64,000 nucleotides of DNA from the NCBI RefSeq assembly GCF_033153115.1, contig NW_026889801.1:6200001-6264000 (forward strand). The letters are read 5' to 3'. How positions within the stretch are numbered: the first letter of the stretch is position 1; each line of letters opens with the position of its first letter. A program made the position numbers and the translations under genes. The stretch comes from Saccostrea echinata (Eukaryota). The notes under the pieces were generated by a model. The model did no database searches, was not told where the DNA came from, and saw only the letters and a program-made list of their open reading frames with translations. Below, in pieces: positions 42,753-56,200 of this stretch.

Positions 42753-45700
42753 ATGGTAAATACACGAGAATTTCACAGTACATTACAAATCTGAGGTCAT
42801 CATGTTGTAAAATTAATATGTTTGACCCCAGATATAATCATAACACATTTTGTAGCTTTTCATGTCCAATTTAGACGATATATAGAAATGTTTTCTGCCT
42901 GCATTTCAGAGATATTGTTTTTAAAAGGGCTTAGGTATTTTTAGTGGATAAATAATCGTAAAAATGTAAGAGAGTATTGCATATATGCAGATCTATACCA
43001 TAAGTAAAGTTATTTATTCCAGGGATTAATCTAAGTTTTGTTTGGGACAAACCCTTTTTGAATAAATGAATCCTCTTTGTACAACATGATGTTTCAACGA
43101 AAATTAACTTCTTCTGAAATACATTTGACATTTAACAGGGATAAACATTAACTCTTATATTCACTTGTTTCCGACAAGTGATCTGAAGATTTTACCTGCC
43201 CAAATGCAAAACTTGGACGCCCAAAATTAAGAAAGAAGAAAATGGTTAAAACTGTTTATCACTGTAAATGTTACATGTGATAGAAAAAGCAGGGTTCGAC
43301 ACAAACGTTAGTCCGTTAGTCTCAAACTAATAAAATCTGTGGCTAATTAGTCTGAACAGACCAGTAAAAATTCCTGGAAAACAATATGAATAATTTACCA
43401 ATTTCCGATTCTCCACAACTTTTACCGGAAAACCCCGATTTATTTTTAGCTTTCTAGCTTCTTGGCGGGTAGTTAGACAATTTCGAGTGAGTGCTTAATT
43501 TTTCGACTGATTGGTATGATGTAAAACGTTTTAGCTATATGACACATGAAAGAAAGATGTCAGACATTTTGGATGTAATGTAAGAGAAAAAGAACGAGAT
43601 CGGGAATACGATCGTACCCGTTGATCATGAGATTTCAACGAACCCGTGCTGTGGAATAAACCCTTTCAAGTAAATGCTTTGTTTATTTAATAAAAGTATA
43701 AATTAAAAAAAAAAAAAAAAAGACGTATATTGAAATGTTTATTTTTAAATTAATGTTGCAAAATATTGATGTTTCCTTTTTTTGACGGACTCATAAAATT
43801 GCATGCGGACTAGTAAATGTAAAGAAGCACTAGTCCGGCCGGACTAAAGCCTAAAAAAGTTAGTGTCGAACCCTGAAAAGTGTGACAAGATTCACTATTT
43901 TGCAAGTTCAGATATCAGATAAAAATTTTGATGGTATTCTTAAGTACATAAATGTATGTCACTTAAACATGTAAACACACACAACCATGCAGCCATACCC
44001 CCCCCCCCCCCCACCACCACCACCACCACCACCACCACCCCATTTCCTTTGTATAAAAAAATATAAAAAAAAATTTGATGGGATCCTTTTAATATGAATT
44101 CAGGGCTCGACATTAACGCTTGTCCGCTTGCCCGGTACCAGTGAAAAAAAATTACGGACAAGTGAATATTGCTGGGCACTTGTCCGATGGGACAAGTGCA
44201 TTTTAATGTAAAGGAGTCTTTAAATAATAATAAGATAATCGGTAGTTTCAAAACGGAAGCTGTACATAAAAACCGGACTTCGATCCCGATAGGGATCGCT
44301 ATTAATTGAGTTCACATTGGATCGGAATCGAAGTTCACTAATTGCATACCATTGAAAAGGCATGGAACTTACGAACGTAACGAAATTTGGTTCACTTGTG
44401 GACATTTATGTTGATGTCAGGACAGAAAGCCTAGATAAAATTTCGTTTTATGTGTTTGTTGTAAATATCAATAACATCGCTAATCAATCAAGCACATGTC
44501 ATGTGTAATGGACTTTATTTTAGTTTTCAAGTTGACAGTATTAGATCTTTATTGAAAAATTTTCGGACAAGTGAAGTTGAAGTTCGGACAAGTAAATGTC
44601 TTGGTCACTTGTCCGAATGGACAAGTAGGAAAAAAGTTAATGTCGAGCCCTGGAATTTTGATTTTCCGATAAAACTGTGAAGCAATATGCTAAAGGAAGA
44701 CAGTTGCTATAAAATGCACATATCTTGATTAGGATATGTTATATTTGTATGTTACTTATATTCTGTGAGTGAATTATGTAAATAATCTAATTTCCATACT
44801 AAGTAGGTAACAAAGTTGTTAGATGTAGAGTGTATTAACTATGAAAGAAAACAGAATAACCAACCGGATTTTTAAATAAAGTTATAATTTAGAAACGCTG
44901 CCAAGTAGTGATTCAGCAATAGTCGCCAAAAAATAATTGTTGAAAGGTTGGCAATACTGACAATCAATAGCATAGCAGCAAAATCAATAGTCGCTGTATA
45001 TAAATATGTATATCGTGTATATAGCTACTTTAAACCTAATGCTAAATCTTATATTATCTTTTTTTATGTGGTGTGTGTTTCCTTGTTTTTTGTACAAAGA
45101 AGACACACTGATTATTTATTTATGTTTCAAGGGAGGTCCTGAGTTCGAATCTCGGCCGCGACTGACCTAAGTCTATAAATAATGGGTAGCAACTGTTCCT
45201 TCGCCATGCGCTCGGCACTTTGAAGTGAAAGTTGCGGGTTCTCAGATGAGACCTTAAAAACCGAGGCCCCATGTCACGGCAGGCGTTGGCACAATAAAAA
45301 TCCCTCACTGCTCAATGGCCCTGAGTGCCGAGAAAAGGTCAAAATTTGAAGCCCTTCACCGGTATATGGTGATGTCTCTATATGAGTGAAAAATTCTCGA
45401 AGGGGACGTAAAACAACATACAGTCAATCTTACATGTGAACACATATAATGAATTTTTGTTCATTCACCTGTACTAAACAATACATTAAATATACTGAGT
45501 CAGAGAATAATTCATAAAAATGCTCTGCAAATTATGATTATAAGTATAGCTTCCCTAGATAAATGTTCTATTGTCAAAATGATGTCCTGTGCATATGGAG
45601 TCGGTTTTTGCTGAGGGCCTGTTCCAAGACACAGAAAGATGATTCTAACTGCAATTTTCTTAGAAAATGTCATATACTGAAAATGTCATATAGTATATCA

Positions 45701-48700
45701 ACTACAGTATGTAAATAGTTATTGCATATCAGCAAGTAAATAATGAATTTGGACATGTAAAAGTAACACTTGTTGGAAACTTGTCCAATGCACATGCAAG
45801 TTGATATTTTAGTTAATGTTGTACCCTGGGGTGTTTTTCTTTTAGGTCAGTTTGCAATATTGTCAACAACGCAGCTATTTTAATGAAGATTTATATATCT
45901 TGCGAAATAAAATTTGTATTTAAATAGTAGAATAAGCCAAGGGTTTTTGAAGAGAGGAGCATATCAGAAATGCACAAATAGTACAAATGGGCCACACAAT
46001 CATTTGTCTTTAAAATTTTATTATCTGTTGAACATTGTACTTACTATATGTACTTACTATATTTATTGTTTTTTAGGTCAACGTACCAAAATCAAGGAAG
46101 ACTTTCTGCAAGGGCAAAAAGTGCAAGAAGCACACCCTTCACAAAGTCACCCAGTACAAGACCGGAAAAGCCTCCCTCTATGCTCAGGGTTGGTTGTCAT
46201 TTTAATTTTTTACACTAATTTTCAGAAATGATCCTATTTTAATCAGTAATTATACTCGTAAATTAATCAAAAGATGTGATAGGCCTTTTCCCCTTGATGA
46301 TGGATTCAACATTAAAATACTTTTGAAAAATATTGGTCATTATTACAGTCATTGTCAAAAAACATAACTTGCCAATGGATGGGGAAAAAAGTTTGTCATC
46401 TCATTGAAAGCAAGTGGAGATCTTATCAGAAGGATTTAAAGTCTACAATGTCTAGAGAGAAGGAAAAATGAAGTAGTCAGTGATTCATTTTGATGTGCGT
46501 CCTGCGTAAATTACGCACAAATTTTGCTCAGGATGCATTATTTCAATAAATGTGCATCCCAATGGACGCAATAAATTTATAGAAGGACGTGTACTATTTT
46601 AAATTATATCGGTATAATCTGATTCAAAACTTGACCGATTGCATCATATCCACGTGCTAAGCGATATGCATGAACGATTTTAACAGGTATAAGGTTGCCA
46701 ACAACAGGTCAGATTTCACAACTGCAGTTAAAATCAATTATCAGAAAATATTTGAAAGTTAGATAGCATAGTTCGATTATCACTGATTATGTCTATACCG
46801 TGGAACGTTTCTGAAGCGAATACTATACCTTTGTATTTAAGCTGTAACCTGTATCATTGGTTTTTTTTTTTTTTTTGTTTTTTCTTACAAGCTAAGAAGT
46901 ATAAAATTTAATCATTTTTATTTCTGGCAATTTGTCATTTCTTCTTAAACTTTTTTTACTTCATTCTGCTTCTGTGCATTTTTAGGACTGATACAATGTG
47001 TGAGATCGTATGTACGATCTAAAAATAGAACCAAAGTGCACAGTGGACAATATATTATTTTTATGACACAAAATCATGTACTCTTACTTGGACCATTAAT
47101 AGTAAAAGTATAAATCATTCAAAGCTACAATAAAACATTTGCACTTTCGTGCAGTACCTTTTTTATTTCACCAGAATTTCCTGTGTAACATCTAATATAT
47201 GGTACCCTTGGATTTGGACGCATTGATTTCGGCACGGGACTCATTGTTGTCATTAAGAGGGGTCCTTTGGACCCATGATAACCATTTTCAAAATGAATCA
47301 CTGAGTAGTTAAAATTTACCGGTATATGGATATTTCTGTTGCTAGGAAAAAGAAGATATGACCGGAAGCAGAGTGGTTTTGGAGGTCAAACAAAGGTCAT
47401 CTTCAGAAAAAAGGTTGGTACCATTCACATTGTTTTTAAATTTGTAATAATTATATGTACTAGAATTCTTCAAGATATTGATAAAGAAGTGTTCCCACTG
47501 TCATTAGAGGACATGCCTTACATAATCGTCACAAAATAGCATAAATTTATTGTGTTTACAATAGTCACCCTTTTGTAAAAGACTAGAGAATATTTCATAA
47601 ATTTATATGTACTTGCCATTTTAAAAACAACTATTACTTCTATTTCAATAGAAAATGCATTTCTCTGCACCTATTATAAGCTCATTGTAGTAGAGGTACA
47701 GTCTTGACAGAGACTTTTTTTTTATCTGTTTGTTCACTTTCTTGATAGGAAGCTACTAGCAAAATTATTTTTCATTAAAATTTACTTCTTAATCACGTGG
47801 CTGGTGGTAGTTAATTCTTTTTTCTTGCATGCTTTCTTTCAAATTGGACTTGCTATTTTATTTTTGTGTTCTTCAGGCAAAGATTACAAGGAAGATTGTA
47901 CTCAGATTAGAATGCACAGACTGTAAATACAGAAAACAACTAGCCATCAAAAGATGTAAACACTTCGAGTTGGGAGGAGAGAAAAAGAGAAAGGTAATAA
48001 AAATATTTATTTCCTATCTAGCTTGTTTCATGAAATTTGATTGGTTAATAAGTCTTGTGTAAATTTCTGTGCACCCAGCTTGAGCTTTGGGTAAAAAACA
48101 TGACTTCACAATGATAGTTTCTCTATCTCAAATTGATTACTGCTTGCTAAGTAACATGACATTAGGATGCATTGAAGCACATACAGTTGAACTTTGGTAT
48201 ATCGAACACAGATATCTCAAATACCATGGATATGTCGAAGTGATTTCGAAGTCCCAACTACTTATTCTTTAATTTTTTTACCTTGGATATCTCAAGTCCT
48301 CAGATATCTCGAAGTTTTTTCTCAGTCCTACTGAGTTTGAGATAATGAGGCTTGACTGTAGTTAATTTTATTGTCAGTTTGAAACACTATTGATTGGACT
48401 TGGGTTTACAAAAAATGTATTTGCTTGCATACACTGTAGGAATTAAATTATTTATTCAGGTCCAGTCAGGGGTGTACAGGAATTTATCCCAGGTGATTTT
48501 CCATACACCCTTTGGCCTCTGGGTGTAATGGGTGTTTGGCATAAAACCCAGGATTAATCCCCATACACCCTTGATTGAACCTGGATAACTAATATAATGT
48601 ATAGGATCATAAAAGTAACTAATTGTGCACTCAACTAGAGCTAAAAAGAATGAACATTTGCCAATGAATAGCAGATGATGAATATATACATTTTAAATTT

Positions 48701-49057
48701 GCAAACACTTGGCTGGTTTGCTTTTAAATCCTTGATTGAATTGCCTCATTGAATGTATAAATGATTTCCCCACCTAGTGTTTAAGAGGCAAATTATACTG
48801 TACTGCCTTTTCACTACAGTCTCGAAACAGCTTTGTTACTGTTGCTTTAAAATGTTATTTCATTTTAAAGCAGTCTTAAATAAGTAAATACATAAATAAT
48901 AATATCAATATGTGTATTAAGATTGGACAGAGACACCTGTACATGTAAATTGAGTGACAAGATTTATGATCAGTATAATTGTAATTTATTCCTAGAAATT
49001 ATGTAATTAATGTTTCTTTTTTATTTCATTTTACAGGGACAGATGATTATGTTCTAA
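42753..49057 (+). CDS. RPL36A: 60S ribosomal protein eL42 (L36a/L44), 106 aa
   Basis: Exons 42753-42755 (ATG), 46077-46188, 47346-47413, 47877-47993 and 49037-49057 give [112 protein letters not shown] at 49082. Confidence 0.96.
43290..43875. mobile_element. MITE with 5-bp TSD (AAAAG)
   Basis: TIRs CAGGGTTCGACAC and GTGTCGAACCCTG, flanked by AAAAG on both sides. Confidence 0.85.
44101..44652. mobile_element. MITE with 5-bp TSD (GAATT)
   Basis: TIRs CAGGGCTCGACATTAAC and GTTAATGTCGAGCCCTG, flanked by GAATT, with subterminal ggacaagt repeats. Confidence 0.88.
45128..45420 (+). mobile_element. tRNA-derived SINE (5'-truncated)
   Basis: B-box GAGTTCGAATCTC; the 3' tail GAGTGAAAAATTCTCGAAGGGGACGTAAAACAAC is shared with the SINE at about 17560. 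Confidence 0.7.
46478..47303. mobile_element. Non-autonomous DNA transposon with 6-bp TSD (AGTAGT)
   Basis: 16-bp perfect TIR CAGTGATTCATTTTGA / TCAAAATGAATCACTG, flanked by AGTAGT. Confidence 0.85.
48184..48358. mobile_element. Tc1/pogo-like MITE
   Basis: TA-CAGTTGAAC ... GCTTGACTG-TA, with internal gatatctcga-type repeats. Confidence 0.7.
48452..48594. mobile_element. Foldback MITE
   Basis: ttattcaggtccagtcaggggtgta ... tacacccttgattgaacctggataa; a second copy lies at about 35966. Confidence 0.7.
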
Positions 49058-52000
49058 ATGGCTTGTGTACACTGTGCTGTAAATAAAGGGAGAAAACTCT
49101 CTCAGTTTTTTTTTTGTTTGTTTTTTTTTTTTTTTTTTTTTTTACTTTACATGATAACATGAAAAATGTGTTGTCTTATTAGCAGTCAACACACTGCTGT
49201 CTTTGGAAGTCAATGAAGTGGATTTTTTATTGGAATTGTATTAAGTAGAGTAAAGCTGAAAAGATTCTTTAAAAAATTGTTTTTGGACATGTAGAGCAAT
49301 GTATTGATGATAAAGATGGGGAATATACTTCATCTGAAAATCTCTTTTTCAAGGACATTTAGCAGGCAAATTTTTGGCATTATTACATGGACGTAAGCAG
49401 GCAATATTTTTCATAATTGCTAGCACTGTTGAGCCAAGCAAATATGTTAGTCTTCTTTACTGGAATAGGATGGTATGGCTTGAGAAGATACCATGCCATT
49501 TTCTATTTATCATCTGAAGGTACATATCAGAAGTTTCCTGTTTTACCTGACCTGTACAAAAAAAGTGTACATGTAAGTAATTATGCCAAGACTGCAGAAT
49601 TCAGTTATTACTTTAATACATTTAAAAAAAAAATTTAACTACCTTTTCAGGGCTTTCTTGCAAGTTCGGATGTGTTGCGCAAACTTTATAACAACCTCCT
49701 TTTTACAAACATTGAATAGTTTGGAGCTTAACTGCATAGAATACAGCATATAATATAACCTGAAGTATACCGCAGAAGTCAACCAACGCTTGAATTGATA
49801 GAAAGGACTCCATTTTGTAAAAAAAAAAAAAAATTAACATGGTGTTTTCCCAGTTAACAGGAAGATGCTATTGCAACAAAACATTATGTACCACTTCGAC
49901 AATAAGATGGGTGAAGGCGTGCATAATGCCTATAGCTTCAGATATTAATAAATCATATTCAATATGTGAATTAAGTATTTAAAGTAAAGTTCTCATTTTT
50001 GAAATTTATGAAATTATGATCAACAAAATTTTTCTGAGAAAAAAAAGATCTTGGAATTTTTTTTCTTTTATTAAAAAAATAAAATGGTATATGTAGGATT
50101 CGAACCCCTAAGCAATAAAAATCCGGAGTATCATAATGCTTTGTGACTAACACGCTAACCACTACGCCACACAGCTCCTGATGAATAGTATACAGTTATG
50201 GAATGGGTATGAGGGAAATAGCAAATTTATGGTTCCCCTTGGCAGGAAACTATTTCCCTCGGCGGCGAACTGTTTTATTATACCGAAACAATCATGGGAA
50301 ATTTATTAAACTAGAGACTCAGACATTTTTTAAAACAATATAGAGGCATTTAAATAATCACAAATGGATGATTAAAAATATTGTAAGATAACTAATGCAT
50401 CAATACAGAGGAAAATAAGATTATTAAAAATTATAAAATAATTTCACTGAAACTTGGAAGGATAATCGTTGTCTTCAATTCGCTAGAATTCCAGTATGAT
50501 TTTGACATCGCATGTCGAAATGTTTTGACGTCATAGTTACATTGCTAATAACATTACGTCACAGACTCGAGAGATTCCGTGAACGCTCCGCCCACTGTTC
50601 ATTTTAATTGGTTAAAATTATTAATAAATATTCATGAGGGAGTAGTCCCAGGGAGTAGCTCCGATTTTTCAGGGAGTAGTCCTCCGATGAGGGAAATAGT
50701 ATCTTTTCAGGGAATAGACAGATTTATGGTATTAATTTTATATAGAGTAATAACAGTAGAGATATAATAATGACATTTAAATCTTGTTGGTGATATGACC
50801 CTTGACTTAATGGACTTAAGTATTTCTCGGAAAAATGCGAATGCTTTGTCATAAAAGTGTACTTTTAAGGTAAAGTGGGTCTTTGCTCCATGTTTTTCTA
50901 AACCAAAAAATTTTTTTATGCAAACTTTTAGGGTTAACTTCAAAAAATTGGAGCGAAGACCCACTCATATCGAAAAATTTTGTTAAAGTGTGAGAAAATG
51001 ATCCTTTTTGTCCTCTTTAGTGTGTGTATGCTACTTCATAGGCAAATAATTTCAGTCTTTGTGAGATTTTTGTAAATTGTAGAGATTTTGCATAAGGTAC
51101 ACTTTAATGTAAGATGAACTATAAAAAAAAAAATGTTTATATAATTGAGATTTTATTTTTCACTTCATGTTTGTCGCACTATAGGCACGTTGCCCGCCTT
51201 GTTCACCCATCTTTTCATAAAAGGTGGTATGGTCCTACCGATTTCTAAAAATTGAATTTTTCACCTCAATATTGAAATTACAGTGGAAGACATTTTGCTT
51301 AAAGCACAGTGATGAAGCCCCCTCAAGACGAAATAAATTTGTGGTTCAGAAATTACCCCCCCCCCCCCGAAAAAATTCCCGGATCCGCGCCTGATATATG
51401 AAATTTAACAAGATTGATAAAATCTTGTTTAGATACATATATTAAAAGATATGTACAGAATTGATGTTTGAGTTTAAATGCCAAACAAATGTATTGAATG
51501 CTTTGTTTCCATTCTGTTGAGTATTATTGATTATTTCAGAACATGAATTCTTACTAAACGGTCTACTTTCTTTTCTCTAATTTTCGAAAATGAATGAGGC
51601 CTTTTGAGGGTACCGTAATATTTTATTATAATGTATGTGAATAAAAATACTGAGATAAAAAGTATCATAATTCAAAATAGTTTTTTTAAATTTAAAACAA
51701 ATGTTAGATTATATTGTTCCGATTCATTCCTCATACTCTGAGATTAAACCATTAGCATATTGATATCTTCTTGCACACCGTTCCCTGAACCATTTTTTTC
51801 CGCATTGACGCAGTGTAGCTAGACGGGTGGTCGAACCTGAGTTTACATGCAGAGAGAATATAGTGAATTTTTAAAGGTATGCTTCTTATATTTTTTATCT
51901 TCATTTTTGATATAATTATTATTTCCAAGATGGTACTTTTTATTATTATATCGTTTAGCTATCGGTAATTTGCATTGCGTGTTGATATTCTAAGCATATC

Positions 52001-52330
52001 TGACTAGGTGTGTGCCAAGAGTGTCACCATCAAATTGAAAAAAAAATGTCGTAATTTACGGAATATATTCATCGTTGCTGTCATTAAATTTTCCCATTTT
52101 GCCTGGCAACAAGGTGGCTGTCAATGCTTTGAAAAGTTTATGGATTTTCACATACTATACGATGAAATATGAAGATAACATTGGAACAGTACAAATTGGG
52201 AGCAAAGCAAACACGGACCTCTATTGAAAACATCAAAGGTGGGATCAGGTGCCGATCTAAAAAAAAAAAATAGATACATCACATCACCAATCATACAGCT
52301 CTTCTATCGAATTAAAAGCTTATTTATTTT

Positions 52331-52336
<6 letters not shown>

Positions 52337-52406
<70 letters not shown>
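52337..52406. repeat. (TA)n microsatellite
   Basis: Pure TA run. Confidence 0.95.
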
Positions 52407-52415
<9 letters not shown>

Positions 52416-52702
52416 TTCTGCTGATCTAAGTTTCGGCCCTCGGGCTGATATTGCTGATATTGGAGTCTCGGATTGATAGGTACAGGTTTTGCCATGTATT
52501 ATTCTATTTAATTTCATCGATTCATTGCATGCATTAAAGAAAAACCACCTGTCAAGTATTGCCTATACTATGGAATATACAACTGGGTTCCTTCGAATCG
52601 ACGTAAATGAGTTAATACTTTCTAGGTATCAACATATGATAGTAAGACCTACGTCACCAAACTACAGGATGGGGTCGGGTTAAACGATATATCATATACT
52701 TC

Positions 52703-52832
52703 CAATCTAATTAAAATTAGACCTTTCATCTCGCTCTTCGTAAATTGATTTGTCGCTCGTGAAAGGATCCTTTCACGAGCGACAAATCAATTTACGAAGA
52801 GCGAGATGAAAGGTCTAATTTTAATTAGATTG
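52703..52832. mobile_element. 130-bp perfect palindrome with 10-bp TSD (Mutator-like foldback MITE)
   Basis: Two 65-bp arms meet at GGATCC with no spacer. CATATACTTC is duplicated at 52693-52702 and 52833-52842. Confidence 0.88.
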
Positions 52833-53200
52833 CATATACTTCTAGTTTTTTATTTAAAAAAAATTGATATTGTGCCTAACTTTTCCGACATAGGGGATAG
52901 GCAAGCATGTATAATACTTTGCAAAGTGGGTTATTTACCCAAAATCAGTTGCTACAGTACATAATTAAAAAAGCATAAACTTCTGATGATAATATGTACA
53001 TGTGAGAACCTGAAGGAAAAAGAAAAACTCGGCGCGTATATACCAATAAACAACTATAATGTTCATATGGAGTGTCCTTTCTGATAAAGTTTATTTAATA
53101 AAATAAAATCTGCGAGAAAGGAAAGTACATGTATATATACATCATTTGATTGAAAAATATTTTACAGAAAGTAACATAAGAAAAAAATTCTTTAACCAAG

Positions 53201-56200
53201 ATGTTCAGATGCCAGAAAAAGTTCAGTAACGGCAGCATCTGTAATGGAAACCTGGCAGCAGGATTCAAGTACTGTCCCACCTGTGGCACACGTGTGCCAG
53301 AAAGCAGGCAGGGATCTGACAAATTCGAGGAGGAGAGTATACCCTACGAAGCAGACAAGTGTAAGCTATGCTTATTCTTTCTCGTTTTAGAATTAACACT
53401 CTTGTTAAGAAAATGTCCTTATAATTTGACATAGTTTCCACCAGGTAGACGATAGAAGGAAAGAAATAAACTTTTGAAGGTTTACAAATACATGTCTCAT
53501 GTATGACAGATACTTCAGTTTATTAAATGATAAAATACAAAAGCTCACATCGTAAATCTACGTGTAGTGAATTCTAATTTAGACATCGGTATAGACTTCA
53601 ACAATTAAATTTGATTCAAGCACTTTGTCTCCTTTGTTCATTTATTTAGCCGTTCCAGAGACCCTGAAGACAGAAATGAAAAAACAGGAAGATCCTGGTG
53701 GTGGCAAAGACAGTGAGACGCTATCAAAAGCGAACATTGATTGCACAACCCAGACAGTTAAAAAAGCATCAAAAAGTTTCACCGAAAAGAAAGATATGCA
53801 AGATGGAATGGTTAATACGGAAAATGTAACAACAAAAGAAGAAATCACTGCAGATATCTCTCAAAATATGAGAGATGATTCAAAGACAGAGAAAGACCCC
53901 AAAAAAGAATTGAAAGTAGTTCTGTACATTGACAAAAATGGCAATGAATCAATGCAGGAGATACGACAACATACAGAGACTGAGAAAAAAGATCAAAATG
54001 AAAGACCAAAAGGACAAAACCTTATAAAAGAATCTGAACTCATGACAGACATTGGTCAGAAAAAATCGACAGAACAAAGTGAGCCCCTAGATATTCCAAT
54101 CCAAGATAGTGACTTTGAATGCTCTAAAGATGAGGAAAAAGTAAAAGAATCTCAAGAAACAAGAGAGAGAGGGAATAGAGGATCAACTATTGAAGAGGAA
54201 TCTGCAGCTACCAACATTTTGAATTCAATGTCATCAGGAAAAGGAGCTGAAGATGACGAGAAAGGGAAAATTACTGAAAAGAAAGACGGTGAAAACAACC
54301 GAGATGGTAAGCAAAGAAACACACTGTCTGGGGGTACCAGTGACCTGTCAAACCAGGAAAAAGTAAAGGCAGATAAAGTCAACAAAAGCATCACTGGAAA
54401 AGAAGGAAATGAAAACCTCACTGGAAAAGAAGGAAAAGAAAACATCACTGGAAAAGAAGGAAAAGAAAACATCATTGGAAAAGAAGGAAATGAAAACCTC
54501 ACTGGAAAAGAAGGAAAAGAAAACATCACTGGAAAAGAAGGAAAAGAAAAAATCACTGGAAAAGAAGGAAAAGAAAATGGCCAAGTTCCGAAGCAGCCAG
54601 AAAACACAGAAAAACCCGTGAAAACAGAGAAAGAATCCGAAAACCAACAAAGAAGATGCGGAGGCAGTCAAAGTACTGGACAAAATGAAAAGTGTCAACC
54701 AGAAATGGCTAAAAAGAAGGTGTGTAGCTATTGAAATACTTCTAAATTTTATTTTAGAGAATTTGGTTTCTTTCACGAATAACATTTGAACGATCTTTGA
54801 CAATTTTTGTTGAACAGGTGGTAAAGGTGATATTCCATGCGTTCTTGGCACCAAACGTGACAATGAATCTTCAAAAGGACAAGATCTTTGTTGTATTTGG
54901 TCCTCCTTGTGGTGACTGGGAGACAAAAAAGGGAGAAGTTTTAAAAACGACAGAATTCCAAGTGTAAGTACATATATGTACAAGTTTATGAAAAAAATGT
55001 AAGCATTTTAAACATTTCATATTTTAGGTTTTAAACAGCCATTGTTCATATTGTTCTTTTATTCACTGTTTATTATCTATTTCATTAGTATTAAAAGCAC
55101 TAGGATTTATAATGAAGTATTTCAATAATTGACTCAATTGTTCCTTCTTCATGTGAATAATGCGCATTTTAAATACATGTAGCTAGATTTCCACAATGTT
55201 AGTAGGTGAATAACTATTGAATAAATCGTAAGTAACTCACATAATAGTGATATTTTTTTTCTGAAATCCAATGTAAGTGACGAAGAATAACAATAGGTTC
55301 ATATTTAAAATCATTTCTAAACGTTAATATTTAAAAAAACAATTTATAGTTTAATCTGTAATAAATTATTCTTTAAATACAGGAAAAATCATCCCATACG
55401 TCTTAAGGCAACAGCAATGATAGAAAAAGATTTATTGAAAGAACCATTGAGATACGCATACAAGTTGCAACACCAAGAAAAAAATGTCCAGGAAATCGTT
55501 ACAGAATCAGAATTTTACCTTAACAGTTATGAACCTTATAAACGCAAATATCGTCTGCTGGACATTCCATTGGATGCTGTAGGTATGCACAAATAAGCGC
55601 GTGCGTTTGAGAGAGAGAGATAAAAAACAGAGAGGAGCATCAATATTTTACAGCAGATATGTCAAATTTGGAGTACAGTTTCCATTGTGCAGTATTTTGC
55701 GCAGTATTTAAGAGATGAATATAATTTTTGAGAATTCATGAGGACATGAACTACAACGCTTCACGCCTGCATATTTCATGAAGCGCGTCAGCGCTACGTG
55801 ATAAATATGCAGGCGTGAAGTGTTGTAGTTCAGTTACTTCATGAATTCTCAAAAATTAAATTCATATCTTATATCTGCATTATTTTTCGGATGACTTGCT
55901 ACATATTTTTGTCATTCAACAATCATTTTTTTTTTTTAAAAGTTTACACTGTTCTTTGACTTCACTCATATAATAATGGAAATATTTTTATTCATCCTAC
56001 AGTAGTTCATGAGACCATGAACTTTTTCTAATTTGCAAGGAATCTTAAGGAAAAATATTTGGAAATGTAAATGTATTGAAATAAAGTATATTTACGCTTT
56101 TAAAGCAATTATTTCAACATAATTTATAAAAATGAGCAAAATCTTTAAAAAAAAAATCGGGAGCAAAAAAAAATCTTCATTTAAAAAGAAAATGGATTTT

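Noticed and set aside
54152-54983. Phe/Ser-rich antisense ORFs and the alternative-frame KTSLEKKE ORF
   Set aside because: Shadows of the purine-rich coding repeat on the plus strand.
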